Below are positions 1-12,479 of a DNA stretch of 64,000 nt, piece by piece; position 1 is the stretch's first letter, and the number at the start of each line of letters is the position of its first letter. The notes beneath the pieces were generated by a model. It saw only the letters and a list, made by a program, of their open reading frames with translations, was not told the origin of the DNA and made no database searches. Source of the DNA: Felis catus (taxonomy: Eukaryota); the NCBI RefSeq assembly GCF_018350175.1, contig NC_058375.1, positions 105,710,001 through 105,774,000 on the forward strand. The letters run 5' to 3'. The translations under genes were made by a program, and so were the position numbers.

Positions 1-343
1 TTAACCAACTGAGCTATCCAGATGCCCCTAAATAAAAAAAAAAATTTAATGAAAATGAAAAATTAAAACAACCTAAGTATACATCAATAGGGAACTGGAT
101 AAAGAAATTGTTACACCCACACTTTGAAATACTATGCAGCTATTTAAAAACAATGAGGAAATGCCTTATATACTAGCATGATCTTATCTCTAAACTATAT
201 TGTGAAGTTACAAGAGCAAGATGCAGGACAGTATAGAATATGCTGCATTTGTATTTTTTAAAAAGAGGGAGATATATGTATTTTTGCTAATATATTTGTA
301 GACTTAGACCATCTCTGGAAGAACATTCAAGAATAACATTGAA

Positions 344-598
344 GGGGCGCCTGGGTGGCACAGTCGGTTAAGCGTCCGACTTCAGCCAGGTCACGATCTC
401 GCGGTCCGTGAGTTCGAGCCCCGCGTCAGGCTCTGGGCTGATGGCTCAGAGCCTGGAGCCTGTTTCCGATTCTGTGTCTCCCTCTCTCTCTGCCCCTTCC
501 CCGTTCATGCTCTGTCTCTCTCTGTCCCAAAAATAAATAAACGTTGAAAAATAAATAAATAAAGTCCTGCTGAAACTCATCAAAAAAAAAAAAAAAAA
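344..598 (+). mobile_element. Young felid SINE (SINEC-Fc type) with 15-bp TSD
   Basis: GGGGCGCCTGGGTGGC head, CT-rich linker, AATAAA tail. TSD AAGAATAACATTGAA at 329-343 and 597-611. Confidence 0.9.
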
Positions 599-797
599 GA
601 ATAACATTGAAAACGTTGGTTGCCTGCTGAGACAGTACGTGGGGATGGATGGGAGGCTTTTCACTATATATACTCTTATAGTTTTAGTTTTTGAACCATG
701 TGAATGTATTACTTATTCAAGAAATACATCTGTAAATTATTTTTTGAAAAGAAAGAAACTAATCGCACAACTTCATTCTTTAAAAATATTGGAGTTC

Positions 798-1110
798 AGG
801 GGCTCAGTCAGTTGAGCGTCAGACTCTTGATCGCAGGGTCGTGAGTTCAAGCCCCACAGTGGGCTCTGTGCTGGGAGTGAAGCCTACTTTAAAAAAAAGA
901 AAAATGGGGGTTCCTGGGTGGCTCAGTTGCTTAAGCATCCTACTTCAGCTCAGGTCATGATTTCACGGTTTGTGAGTTCGAGCCCCATATCAGGCTCTGT
1001 GCTAATAGCTCAGAGCCTGGAGCTGGCTTCAGATTCTATGTCTCCCTCTCTCTCTGCCCTTCCCCCGCTCACACTCTATCTCTCTCTCAAAAATAAATAA
1101 ACATTTAAAA
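798..1110 (+). mobile_element. Two tandem Can-SINEs (one truncated, one full)
   Basis: tRNA-derived heads at ~798 and ~907, each with an A-rich tail. Confidence 0.8.
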
Positions 1111-1659
1111 AAAAATTTTTTTTTAATTGGAGTTTGAAAAGAGGAGGGTTGGTTTATTGAATCTGAGTCACCAAAATTTTCACTTGGCCTAATAGTGATA
1201 GGGATTTTATAATTTTCAAACTTTAAATTGGTGGATCTTTGCAGTATAGGAAGAAAGAGTAGGAATTAAACCTTTATAATCCAAGTTTTGGTATCATAAA
1301 TTCTTAATGGTTTTATTTGGAAATATATTATTGATGTTTTTGTGAACATAATTATCACTTAATGCTTTGGGGGCTTCATTGGGTAGGTGAGAGACTCTGC
1401 TTATAATGGAGTTAAATAAATGAGAATGGAGTTGTTTCAAAGAGAAAAAAATTGAGGTTTTGCCTGGATGAACTATACTGCTTTTTACAAATGTATTAAC
1501 CAGGCACACAGAAGGACAGAAGGACAGCTGAGATTTTGTGAATTATCTGCAGAAAGTTTTAAAACCCAGACTAAAGTTCCTTTTCCACTTAGCTGATATC
1601 TAAGCTGTTTTCTATTGCCATCAATTGATGAGTACCCACAGAATACAAGCTAATTTTTA

Positions 1660-1764
1660 TTTTATTTTATTTTACTTCTTTGAGAGAGATGGGGGAGCAC
1701 AAGTGAGAGAGTGCGGGCAGAGAGAGAGAGAGAATCTCATGAGAGGCAGAGAGGGAGAGAGGAT

Positions 1765-1795
<31 letters not shown>

Positions 1796-1937
1796 GCAGG
1801 GCTCACCCAAAACAGGGCTCACGTTTTACCCGAAGTGTGGCTCGAGCTCACCCAGTGTGGGACTTGAACTCCTAAACTGTGAAATCATAAGCTGAGCTGA
1901 AGTCAGATGCTTCACAACTGAGCCATGCAAGCACCTC
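1660..1937 (-). mobile_element. Can-SINE variant with internal repeats
   Basis: TSD ACAAGCTAATTTTTA at 1645-59 and 1938-52, (GA)n linker, repeated GGGCTC units. Confidence 0.75.
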
Positions 1938-2029
1938 ACAAGCTAATTTTTAAATCAACCAAACCAAATAACTAGATAAATCTTCTGTTTTAAACAAAAA
2001 TCATAAGGTACCCTAAAACCTAAATAGAA

Positions 2030-3080
2030 TTTTAAGCTTTTGTATTTTGTGATCATTGTAGATTTATGTACAAGTGTAAGAAATAAACAGAGAAATCGTG
2101 TGTACCTATCACCCAGTTTCCCCCGTTGGTAACATTTTGCAGTAGTGCTTTAACATAGAAAATTGACATTGATACAGTTTAACAACCTTATTGAGATTTT
2201 TCCAATTTTATATGCATTAATTTGTGTATATACTTAGCTCTATGCAGGATAATACATGTATAGATTTGTTCTAGGACCACCACAGTCAGGACAGAGAACA
2301 GTTCAATCACAAGGATCCCTTGTGCTACTTTTATGTCCACAGCCCTCTCCCTTCCCACCCCATTCCTAACCCCTGGCAACCACTAACTCATTTGTTTTCT
2401 ACCTCTATACTTTTGTCATTCCAAGAACATTATAGGGGCGCCTGGGTGGCTCAGTCAGTTAAGCGTCCAACTCTTGGTCTCGCAGTTCATGAGTCCAAGC
2501 CCCACATTACACTGAGAGTGNNNNNNNNNNNNNNNNNNNNNNNNNNNNNNNNNNNNNNNNNNNNNNNNNNNNNNNNNNNNNNNNNNNNNNNNNNNNNNNN
2601 NNNNNNNNNNNNNNNNNNNNNNNNNNNNNNNNNNNNNNNNNNNNNNNNNNNNNNNNNNNNNNNGGTTTTTTTCTCTCAGCATAATTCCCTTAAGAGCTAT
2701 CCAAGTTGCTGTTTGTATCAGTAGTTCATTCCTTTTTATTGCTAAGTAGTATCCATGGTATGGAGTTTAACCACTCATTGAAGGACATTTAAGTGTGTTG
2801 CTAGTTTTGGACTATCTATGAATAAAGCTGTTATGACCAATACTGTACAGGATTTATGGGAACATAAATTTTCAGTTCTCTGGGATAAATGCCCAAAAGT
2901 GCAGTTGCTGGGTTGCATGGTAAGTGCATGTTTAGTTTTGTAAGAAACTGCCAAACTGTTTCTTAGAGTGACTGTACAGTGTTACATTCCCACCAGCAAT
3001 TTATGAATAATCCAGTTTTTCTACATCCTCGTCAGTATCTGGTATTATTAAAATTCTAGCCATACTGATAGATGTGTAGT
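2030..3080 (-). mobile_element. Old L1 (L1M-type) 3' fragment, interrupted by a SINE (~2435) and an N gap
   Basis: Typical antisense L1 3' motifs (CATTCCCACCAGCAAT, GGGATAAATGCCCAAAAGTG). Confidence 0.7.
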
Positions 3081-3239
3081 GCAGGATATGTGTTTTGACC
3101 CTTCACTCACTTATCTATAAATATCTAAGCAAATTAGATACAGTGAATGGCCAGCTGCTTTCATGTGAAGTTTCTTAAAAATCTTATGTAAAGACATCAG
3201 GCCTTCTTTAGACAAGTCACTCCTAAAGAATTGTAAGGC

Positions 3240-3445
3240 GGGGTGCCTGGGGGCTCAGTCGGTTAAGTATCTGACCTTGGCTCAGGTCATGATCTCATCA
3301 TTTGTGAGTTCAAGCCCCGCATCGGGCTCTGTGCTGAGAGCTCAGAGCCGGAAGCCTGCTTCAGATTCTGTGTCTCCCTCTCTCTCTACCCCTCCCACCC
3401 ACTCTCTCAAAAATAAATAAACATTAAAAAAAACAAAATAAAAGC
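3240..3445 (+). mobile_element. Can-SINE
   Basis: SINE head and tail, TSD AAAGAATTGTAAG. Confidence 0.85.
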
Positions 3446-3872
3446 AAAGAATTGTAAGCTTCTCAGCCATAGCTTCTAACCTAGAGTGAGACATCTTTAT
3501 ATAAGAGCCTCAGACCTAGTTGTTGACTGCATGGCTTCCAGATTTGCCTCTCTAATCCTTTCTGTGTAAGGCTGTGCTTTACCTGTTGATTCTAAAATCC
3601 GAAGAGATATGAACAATAAGATTTCAGATAACATCTTACAGTTTATTTTCTAATTTAAAGCAAGCAGTAGGAGTCAGTGAGGCGCCTGTCAGTGTGGAGA
3701 CCGCTTGGGATTCTTTCTCCCTCTCTCTCTGCCCTTCCCCTGCTTGCGCTCTCTCTCTCTCTCTCTCTCAAAAGAAATTTAAAAAATTAAAAAAAACAAA
3801 CTTGAAAGTAGGCAAAACCTCTTTGTTTTACTATGTATTCATTATCTCCAATTGGTGTCCTTTGGCTTGTAG

Positions 3873-4698
3873 TTCTAACTGTACCTGCTGGTCAGGTTGC
3901 AGAAGAGACTGTAATTGAAGAAGAAGAGGAAGAAGAAGCAGAGAAGTTGCCCCTGACTAAGAAACCAAGGATAGAAGAGATGACAAACAGTGGGGAGGAA
4001 AGCAAGGTAATGTGTTTAGGAGTGGTAGAGAGAAGAGACAGGAAATACTCAAAAGGCAAACTTGGAAGAAGGCCTGGACCCTTCTTTACATATATATATT
4101 AAAAAAAAATTTTTTTAATGTTTATTTATTATTGAGAGAGACAGAGCATGACTGGGGGAGGGGCAGAGAGAGAGGGAGACACAGAATCCGAATAAGACTC
4201 CAGGCTCTGAGCTGTCAGGACAGAGCCCGAGGTGGAGCTGGAACTCACAAACTGTGAGATCATGACCTGAGCCGAAGTCGGACGCTTAACTGACTGAGCC
4301 ACCCCGGTGCCCCCCTTGTTTATATTTTTGTCTACTCTCTGGATGACCAGGGATCAGGAATTCTTACCTGGCAGTGATGCGGTCTCCTTTTACAGGAGGG
4401 CACCGAAAGAGAGCTCCTACAGCAGCAGCTCCAGGAGGCCAATCGAAGAGCTCAGGAGTACCGACACCAGCTCCTAAAGAAAGAGCAGGAGGCAGAACAG
4501 TACCGCCTCAAGCTAGAGGCCATGGCCCGACAGCAGCCCAACGGAGTTGATTTCACCATGGTCGAAGAGGTGGCGGAGGTAGATGCCGTGGTGGTTACGG
4601 AGGGAGAGTTGAAAGAGAGAGATGCGGGAGTGACCTCGGGGGCCGCAGGGACGACAGGGCCGCATGCGGGAGTTTCCATAGAAACTGTTTCATCTTAA
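3873..4698 (+). CDS. GABPB2: GA-binding protein subunit beta-2, last two coding exons (partial gene; exons 3873-4006 and 4396-4698)
   Basis: AG at 3871-72, GT at 4007-08, AG at 4394-95, stop TAA at 4696-98. Translation [22 protein letters not shown]...ESK|[71 protein letters not shown]...ETVSS* matches the GABP-beta2 C-terminal coiled-coil region. Synteny with SEMA6C agrees. Confidence 0.95.
4105..4312 (-). mobile_element. Can-SINE (antisense) in the last GABPB2 intron
   Basis: Reverse-complement SINE ending ...CCGGTGCCCC. Confidence 0.85.
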
Positions 4699-7600
4699 TA
4701 TGCGAGGGCCACAACTTGGACTGTGTCCGTCTTTTTCCTCTTTTTAAAAGAAAATACAGAGGACTCACATTGTGTAGTCATGTCCTAAAGAAGAAAGGAT
4801 GTCCTAAAGAAGAAAACTATAGCAGGGCACAGTGCTTGGACTCAGGAAGGCTTGCTGTGCAACTGGAAAATGCAAAGCCAAATCAGGGGAATACTTCTTC
4901 TGGGGGACCTAAAGAATAAGGACCAAATTTCCAGCTCCCATCATCACTGCTTTAAGCTTAGAGGTAAAAGAGTGCTGGATATTGTGGGTTGATTGTTTTT
5001 TAAACAACTGACTTTCTGTCAGAAGATTTTAAGATAACATTCCTAGTATGAACACACACAGGGCCTTTAATAATCGTACCATCAGGTGACCTTATTATAT
5101 GCCTTAGATCGATGTGTACCTGGTAGAGAAGGAAACTAACTGGGAGGGGAGTTAGAAGCAAGCTTTTGGGAAGAGAAAGAGATCTATTCCACTTCCAAAG
5201 GAGCAGGCATTCCCTTCTGTCCTGAGCTCACTTCACTGAAAAGAAATTGGTAATTGCCTCACTAACTCTGCATCCATTATGTGTCCATAATTCAGATGCC
5301 AGTTTAAGAAACTGAAGTGGAATATTTAAAAACTGGAAAGGAAAGAGAACTTGTTTACGTGGGAGAAGTGTATGTCAATCCAAAATCCTCCAGGCTGTGC
5401 TTCCACAACGCTGGAAGGTGGCCAGAAAGAGCTTGTGGGGTTATGAAACAATCTGGTCTCGAGATCCAAACTTTGCTCTGGCTGGATTTTATAAAATCAC
5501 CATCAGGAGGGTAGTCTGTTGCTAGAACAACTTGCTTCCAAACACTTATTTATATAATACCAAGGTTTAATATCAACTTTTTAATTTTATAAAATTGTGT
5601 GGCGTTTTCTAAGTGTGCCTTTCTGTGGAGTTTACGTGGTATCCTCTTAATTGCAAAAGAAGTCAGGGGACAGGTGAGTGCTGAGGGTGTTGTTGGAATT
5701 TTATGTTTCACTTCGGATGAGTAACTTGTTCTGTTTCCTTAAGGTCGGGCCCTGTGCACAGCTTTCGTGCCTTATAGGTGCTCGGTGTGTGATGGCAAAG
5801 GGAGTAAAAATCAGCAGTGTCATAAAGTAAGGAGCCAGAACTTTTAGCCTGATAACTTTGTCTGCCTGACTCCCTTCTCTACCGCTATGCCTGCTCCCTC
5901 TGCCTAGACACTACTGGAAAGTGTTTCATTGCTGGGTTTTCTTCGTGTGCCAGTTTGGAGTTTTTTCAAAAGAAAGGGGGGATGGCTGGAGAGAGAGAGG
6001 TTGTGGAGAGGTTACATTACAGAAGTTACTGCTTTTGAAATTGGGCCCTCATCATTCTCGACCTGCTTGCTTGCTTTATTGTAAATTAGAAGAAGAAACC
6101 AGGGGGAGATGTGCCAAGTAAACATTTGAATGACTGTTTAGAATACGGTTTTCTTAATTAGCGATCATGGGGAAAACATACATTTTTAATCTGGAATAAA
6201 ACTTGACAGTTAACATGGCTCTATTTACCTTGATTAGTGAAGTAATTTGCTGCAGTTTTCCAGAGGTGCAGAATCACTTGGGGCTCAAAATAGACTGAAA
6301 ACATAACTCCCCAAACCAGATTTAGCAAACAGAATTGGCTAGTAGAGGCTTATAGGCAAAAATACTAGTTTTGAAATGAGTCTTGGCTACTGGCCACCAT
6401 AAAACTAGGTTTTCTCCGGGGACTTGAGAGATTACTCTGGGTTTGGGGGGGTGGGGGAGGGTGGCTGATGAAACGCAGTGGAGGAGCGTAGGTAAGGGTG
6501 AGGGGACAATTGTGCCTTCTGCTGCCAAATCATCCTTTTTGTGTGTGTGTGTGATGTTTTTCTTTTTTCTGAGTCCCTTTGTGAACCAGGTGCTAACAAT
6601 AAGCTGCTATTGTGTGCCTTTTCAGAGCCTTAGCTTAACAACAGAGATAGAGATAGAGGGTCATTTTAGGTATGATTTCCTAATGTTCTTTGCGTATATG
6701 TTGACTTTAATTCTTTTTTTTTTTTTTTTCCTTTCCTGTTAAGGGGGTGGAGGTTAACTCTGCAGACGATATCCAGGCCCAGCCCCCTCACTCTTTGGGG
6801 TAGCTTCTGATTGGGGACAGGAGTTGCCATCCAACACTCCCTGCTGAGCATAGCTCCTTACTGCTTTGGGGAACTGTTTAGAAATTCTTACTATTCTCTT
6901 TCTGCAGGAGGCTGTCATTCTCACCTAGAAAAATCTTTACTACAGTCCAAGTCATTTTTGATGATGGGGTCTCTGAGATAGGGAGTTGGGATAGGGAAAG
7001 AGAAAAGAGAAATGTCTGGAAAGGGGTGGGTAGCAAAAAGGTATTTGTTGTTATTTACTTGAAATACACTGTTTAGCATCCCTAGGAAAAGAAATAGGAT
7101 TTCGTCTCCACTTTGTATTTCCTTGAAGAGAACGGTAGGTCAGGATCGCTTGAAGTAGTTAGAAGTTAAATATTAAATGCATTAATGGCAGTACCATTTT
7201 ATGATTTAGCATATCCTTCTGGATCAGCAATGGATGTTGGGAAAATGTTGCTAGATTCTTCTGGGTTGGTGGATTCACCTGGTTTATTGGCAAGATTGGA
7301 TTACAGAGAATCAAATAACAGACAGGTGGTTCAGAGTTGGTGCTTAAGCCGAGAAACCTGGAATTTAGGATGATTGCCTACCTTAAAATAAAGCTGCTTT
7401 AACAATATCAGTATTAATATATGAATTTTAGGCTCTACATTTGATTTTGGTCATAAGCCTTCCCCCAAGAGAGAAAGAAAGAAATGTTAATATTTCTGCT
7501 CTTGTTCCTGGCTTCAGGGAAATTACTTATAAATATATAAATGAACGTTCCCTTCCTATCACTACCTCTGTGGGATCTCTTAATTGTAATGCCAGAGTTG

Positions 7601-9520
7601 AGGTCTCTTAATGGAAGTATGGGAGAACTTGACTTTAGGATTTCTGTGTTTTGAACCCAGAGCCTTAAAAGATGTTCTTTTTCTCTGTCAGAGCTCTGTG
7701 TAGTTATTTTTGGCTTTGCCTTTCCCCCCGTCTTCAGCCTTACCATTGAATTATTAACATTTTTGTGTCTGCTCAGTAGTGTTAGAAATCTATGGCATAC
7801 AAAATGACTTCTTTATATTGATGTAAGAGAAATGAATTTACCAGAGGGTTCTGTGACCAGGACATTTTTAATACTCCTTTGTTGGGTGCGTATCACTGTG
7901 TACATTTATAAATACATACAGATTTTCCCACTTTTCTCTTTGTTTATTTGAGGTTCAACTCTAAAGTACCTGGTATAACCTGGAAATATTTTCATTTCAT
8001 TAAACACATTAGAGAGGGTTTCTGTGGCTTCACTAAAGGGGCTGAAGAAGAAAAAGCCTTCTTTTGGCCCTTCTCTGAGACTCTGTAACAGGCATAATGA
8101 GAAACCTGAGGAGTCATGCCCCAGGGAAAACCAATCTCTGGCTTTACAGAGATTTGTTTAGCGTGTGGAGTGATGACACCATGTAAGCCAAACAGCTCAG
8201 AGTGGTGTCCAGGGTAAAGAGGGAGCCGCCCTTCCGCAGAGCAAGCCCCTGTATCCACTCCTATGGCAGCAGGTAGGCGTGCTGACTGGCACCTGTAAAA
8301 CCCCTGACACCTCTGTACAAGGAAGAACCCTGGATAAGGGCCATGGCGCAGGATACCTGCTTTCCCAGTTTAGAAATCTCATACTTTTGAGAAAGCATCA
8401 TTTTGAGAAAACGTGTATGGCTGTCTCCTCACAAACATCATTATAGACTTCCAGAGCTAGAGGACTTCAGGCAGATACTGACCTCTTCCCAGAAGTTGAA
8501 TAGGAATCAGTTTTTATCCAGATTTACTGGGGAATGGTCTCCTCTTCTCTACTGCTTGTGCAGACATCTCTGTATGGCCAGAAAAGGAGCTTCAGAATGG
8601 AATATATGTCAAGACCACCTATATGCTATTCTGGGCTCTTATCGATCTCCATTTTATGTGATGGCTATTTTCTGACTTAGTACTCTCTTTCCCATGCCAA
8701 TATGTTTAACAAGAGACCAGGAGCAAGAAGGATGTGAGTTTGAATTAAGTAGTTTTGAGCCTCTGGTACTTTTTTTTTTTCTTCTTGGAGCTTCTTTAGG
8801 ATTAGTGGGTGGGGTGACATTCCTAGACTCTACAGTAGCAGTTTGGCTTGTTAGTGGCAGGAAGTTGTGATTTCCTATCTCTCTCTCCTCCCCCTTCCCC
8901 TTCCCCTCTAACTTCTTCTGCTTCTGTGACCCCATTGGTCTTATCTCATTGAGTCTTTCCCAGGCATTAATAATTAATAGGTCGTTTCTAATCTCTGGGC
9001 CTTGTCCTTCCTCTTTCCACTCCCCTCCTTCCCTATTACATATTTTCTGTTCATTCTGAAATGGTTTGTTTTTGACAGTTAATCTAGGTCACAGCCTATA
9101 CCTCGTGCTTCCCTTCCCAGTTGCTTTCAGGCATCTTGGTCTATCAGCAGTAAAGGACGGATAGCAGCTCCCTTCTCTGGCTTTGTCCTGTGTACTGTCC
9201 TTCTGCCAAGGTCATTTATGTTAGTGGAGAAGAGAAAGAGGGTGGGTGGGGTGCCTAGATTCTTCTGAAAATGTCCTCAGTTTTTCAGGTTTTCTGACAG
9301 CTTTATGTACAGTATGTTTTAGGAAAGCTTAAATATACTTCCCTTTATTTAGGATTTTAATAGGGTTTGATTTTGATGAGGAGGATTGTGTGTATGTGTG
9401 TGTGGGTGAGCCTTTGTGTGTATATGTACCTATACAGATCTATATTATATATACAATTTTTGTACTATCATTTAAAGTAAAGATGTTTCTTAATAAAATG
9501 CCAAAGTCTTACCATTTCAG
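4699..9520 (+). other. GABPB2: Long GABPB2 3'UTR (inferred)
   Basis: About 4.8 kb with no recognisable SINE after the stop, in a SINE-dense neighbourhood. It ends with TGTA (9461), AATAAA (9492-9497) and GT/T-rich downstream sequence. Confidence 0.6.
9492..9497 (+). terminator. Distal poly(A) signal of GABPB2
   Basis: AATAAA at the end of the repeat-free stretch. A proximal AATAAA lies at 6195-6200. Confidence 0.55.
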
Positions 9521-10214
9521 GGTGTCACTGAAGTTTTTTCCATCTCCTGGGCAAAAATTGCATCTCGTTCCTGATCACAGATAAATTCCAATAGGAAGTG
9601 TTCTCTGTCCAGCTGAGCTAATGAAGGCAGAGCAGGGGGAGGGTGTGGGAGGGTCTTCTTTCCCCTGTTGGGGTCTCTTGTAAGCCATTCACAGCCTCTG
9701 CATTTTCCTTATCTAGCTACTCCTCAGCTGGTATTCTTAACAGGCAGAGCAACTGGAGGTAAATGAGAATGGAGAGAGCTTTTGACTGGCTTGTTAGACT
9801 TACGTCTTTCTCCCTTCTGTCATCCCCCCACTCCCTTCCCTAGAAGCAAACAACCAGGACGAGAGCACAGGAGCTGAAGGAGATGACTCTGTGCCTTGTG
9901 TGGGAGTAAAGTCAACACGAAGATATGAGGTGGAGGGAGAACATGAGGTTCAAGAAGGCTTGGAAATAGATTTGCTCTGCTGGCTTCTCAGCCATTCTTA
10001 GTTAATAAGGTGCTGTTTTGCTATCTCAGTCCAATACAGCATACATTTATTAAGTAAATACAAGTAGCATCCTGGTTGTGGCTCAACCCCCACTAGTATC
10101 CAGGGCTGAAGAGACCCATCTGGCTGGCTAGAGGGGGTCCCCATCCAGGGTACAGTGTTCTCAAAGCTGCTCCATTGGCAGAAAGGATGCCTTTTGTTTT
10201 TCTTCAAAAAAAAA

Positions 10215-10590
10215 TTTTTTTTTTTAATTTGAGAGAGCCAGGGAGAGGATCAGAGAGAGAGAGGGAGAGCGTAAGAGAATCTTTTTTTTTTTAAGTTTAC
10301 TCTAATTCATTTTTATTTATTTATTTTTTTAATATGAAATTTATTGTCAAATTGGTTTCCATACAACACCCAGTGCTCATCCCAAACGGTGCCCTCCTCA
10401 ATACCCATCACCCACCCTCCCCTCCCTCCCACCCCCCATCAACCCTGTTTGTTGTGAGAGAGAGAATCTTAAGCAGCCTCTACGCTCAGCTCACAGCCCA
10501 ACCTAGGGCTCAATCTCACAACCGTGAGATCATGAACTGAGCAGAAATCAAGAGTCAGTCACTTAACGGACTGAGCCACCCCAGAGCCCC
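10215..10590 (-). mobile_element. Antisense Can-SINE(s) with an embedded carnivore L1 3'-terminal fragment (~10300-10446)
   Basis: AATATGAAATTTATTGTCAAATTGGTTTCCATACAACACCCAGTGCTCATCCC is the antisense end of felid L1, flanked by SINE sequence. Confidence 0.75.
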
Positions 10591-10748
10591 AAGGATGCCT
10601 TTCTTAAATAAAGGAGGATAATACTAAAGCCAAGGACATATAAGCATCTGTGCTCAACAAGTAGAACCTCCAAGGCAAGGTTCCAAGTCAGTATTCAGGA
10701 AATTGAACACTACCATGTACTAGGTTGCGTGTAGGTAATTGCTTTTTG

Positions 10749-10749
<1 letters not shown>

Positions 10750-10788
<39 letters not shown>
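10750..10788. repeat. (TG)n microsatellite
   Basis: About 19 perfect TG units. Confidence 0.95.
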
Positions 10789-10791
<3 letters not shown>

Positions 10792-11479
10792 GTCAAAAAC
10801 CCTGTGTACATATTAATTATAAGGTACATCTGGTAGCGTACCTCATAAATGTGTATACAGCCTTTGTTCTGCTGAGAGAAAAAGAGCAGGAACTTGAGGC
10901 TTGAGAAACAACTAAAAGTCTTGCTGAATTCAAATCCTAGTGTGAGAAATCAGGAGCATGGGAAGGTTGGAAGGGAATTGGAGAGATGGGAACCTGGAGT
11001 TCTCTGAAGGGTAGTATTCTTAAAGGATGGGAAAAAACCATGAATTACGGCAACTTTCCTAAGATTTCCTCTGTGAAAATGAGCCCTCTACTCCAAGAAG
11101 ATCAGTAGGTAGAAAATACGAGAGAAAGTCGCAGTGGGAGCAACTTAGTGAAAACCACAGCTATATACGGTTTGTGCAAGATGTCTGATAGATAAATAGA
11201 GTTAAGTTTGTTATAACTATAGGGGACAACTTTAAAAAAAAGGAAACTAGATAACTGGGAAATTAATAGTCATGTCCAGCAGACAATTTACATGTGTTAA
11301 AAATGTTAAAAAAATAAAACAAAAAAACTATAAGGGACCCCTGAGCAAAGCGTGGGGCTGCACTCTGCTCCCATAACCACTCCTAAAGTTTAAGAAAGTT
11401 CTTACTATAAGAAATGTGCTGTTTGAGAGGGAGGCCAATATTATAAATAATAACAGCTTCTATGCATTAAGGGTTTTTT

Positions 11480-12200
11480 TGGTGGTGTTTTTGTTTTTTG
11501 GGTTTTTTTGGTTAACTCTTCACCCAACTTGGGACTTGAACTCACAACCCAATGTCAAGAGTCACATGCTTGAGGCGCCTGGGTGGCTCAGTGAGTTAAA
11601 CATCTGACTTCAGCTCAAATCATGATCTCACACTCTATGAGTTCGAGCCCCACATCAGGCTCTGTGCTGACAGCTCGAGCCTGGAGCCTACTTTGGATAC
11701 TTTGTCTCCCTCTCTCTCTGCCCCTCCCCCACTCATGCTGTCTTCCTGTCAAAAATAAATAAATGTTAAAAAAAATTTTTTTTAAGTCGCATGCTCTACT
11801 GACTGAGCCAACCAGGTGCCCCTCTATGCATTAACGATTTGCTACGTGTCTGCCATTGAGCTAGACGCTTCACATACACACAAACATACCTATCTTGCAA
11901 GATATGTATTATCTTCAGAATATAGATTAAAAAAAAAAAAAAGTTGTGACTGCCCAGAGTCCCTCAGAGTCCCTCAACTTTAAAAATATATATACTTTCT
12001 AAAACTACAGTTCTGGGGCACCTGGGTGGCTCCATCGGTTTGGGCGTCTGACTCTTAATTTTGGCTCAGGTCATGATCCCATGGTTGTGGGATCAAGCCC
12101 TGCGTCAAGCTCCGTGCTGAGCGTGGAGCGTACTTGAGATTCTTTCTCTCTCTCCCTCTGCCCCTTCCCACACTCCTGCTCTCTGATTAAAAAAAATAAT
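11480..12200. mobile_element. Can-SINE cluster (+ SINE 11573-11775 nested in an antisense SINE; + SINE 12015-12200)
   Basis: SINE heads and tails. TSD-like AAGAGTCACATGCT/AAGTCGCATGCT and AAAACTACAGTTC. Confidence 0.8.
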
Positions 12201-12479
12201 AAAACTACAGTTCCTACATTGTTATCGGTGTTCTTTTGTGTGTAATTCGTCCTTGAATCAGAATATGATCTTGCTCACTTAACTTTGGGCATATAGTTAA
12301 GAAACAGGGGTGACATAACTTCAGCCTTTTTTGCAAACTCAAAGTCAGGTTTGCTCCAGAACCAATTCAGGAGGCATCTCCACAAAGTTGCTGGCCAGCA
12401 ATACTTGAACAAGGAGAGTCAAAGGTAACCTCGCTTGTGAAGACTGGGTGGGGTCTTCAGCTCTAGGATGCTGGATAGC

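Noticed and set aside
344-430. tRNA-like A/B boxes here and in many similar repeats
   Set aside because: These are the tRNA-derived heads of Can-SINEs, not tRNA genes.
918-1100. Recurrent ~60-80 aa ORFs such as [19 protein letters not shown]
   Set aside because: Translations of SINE consensus sequence, not a gene family.
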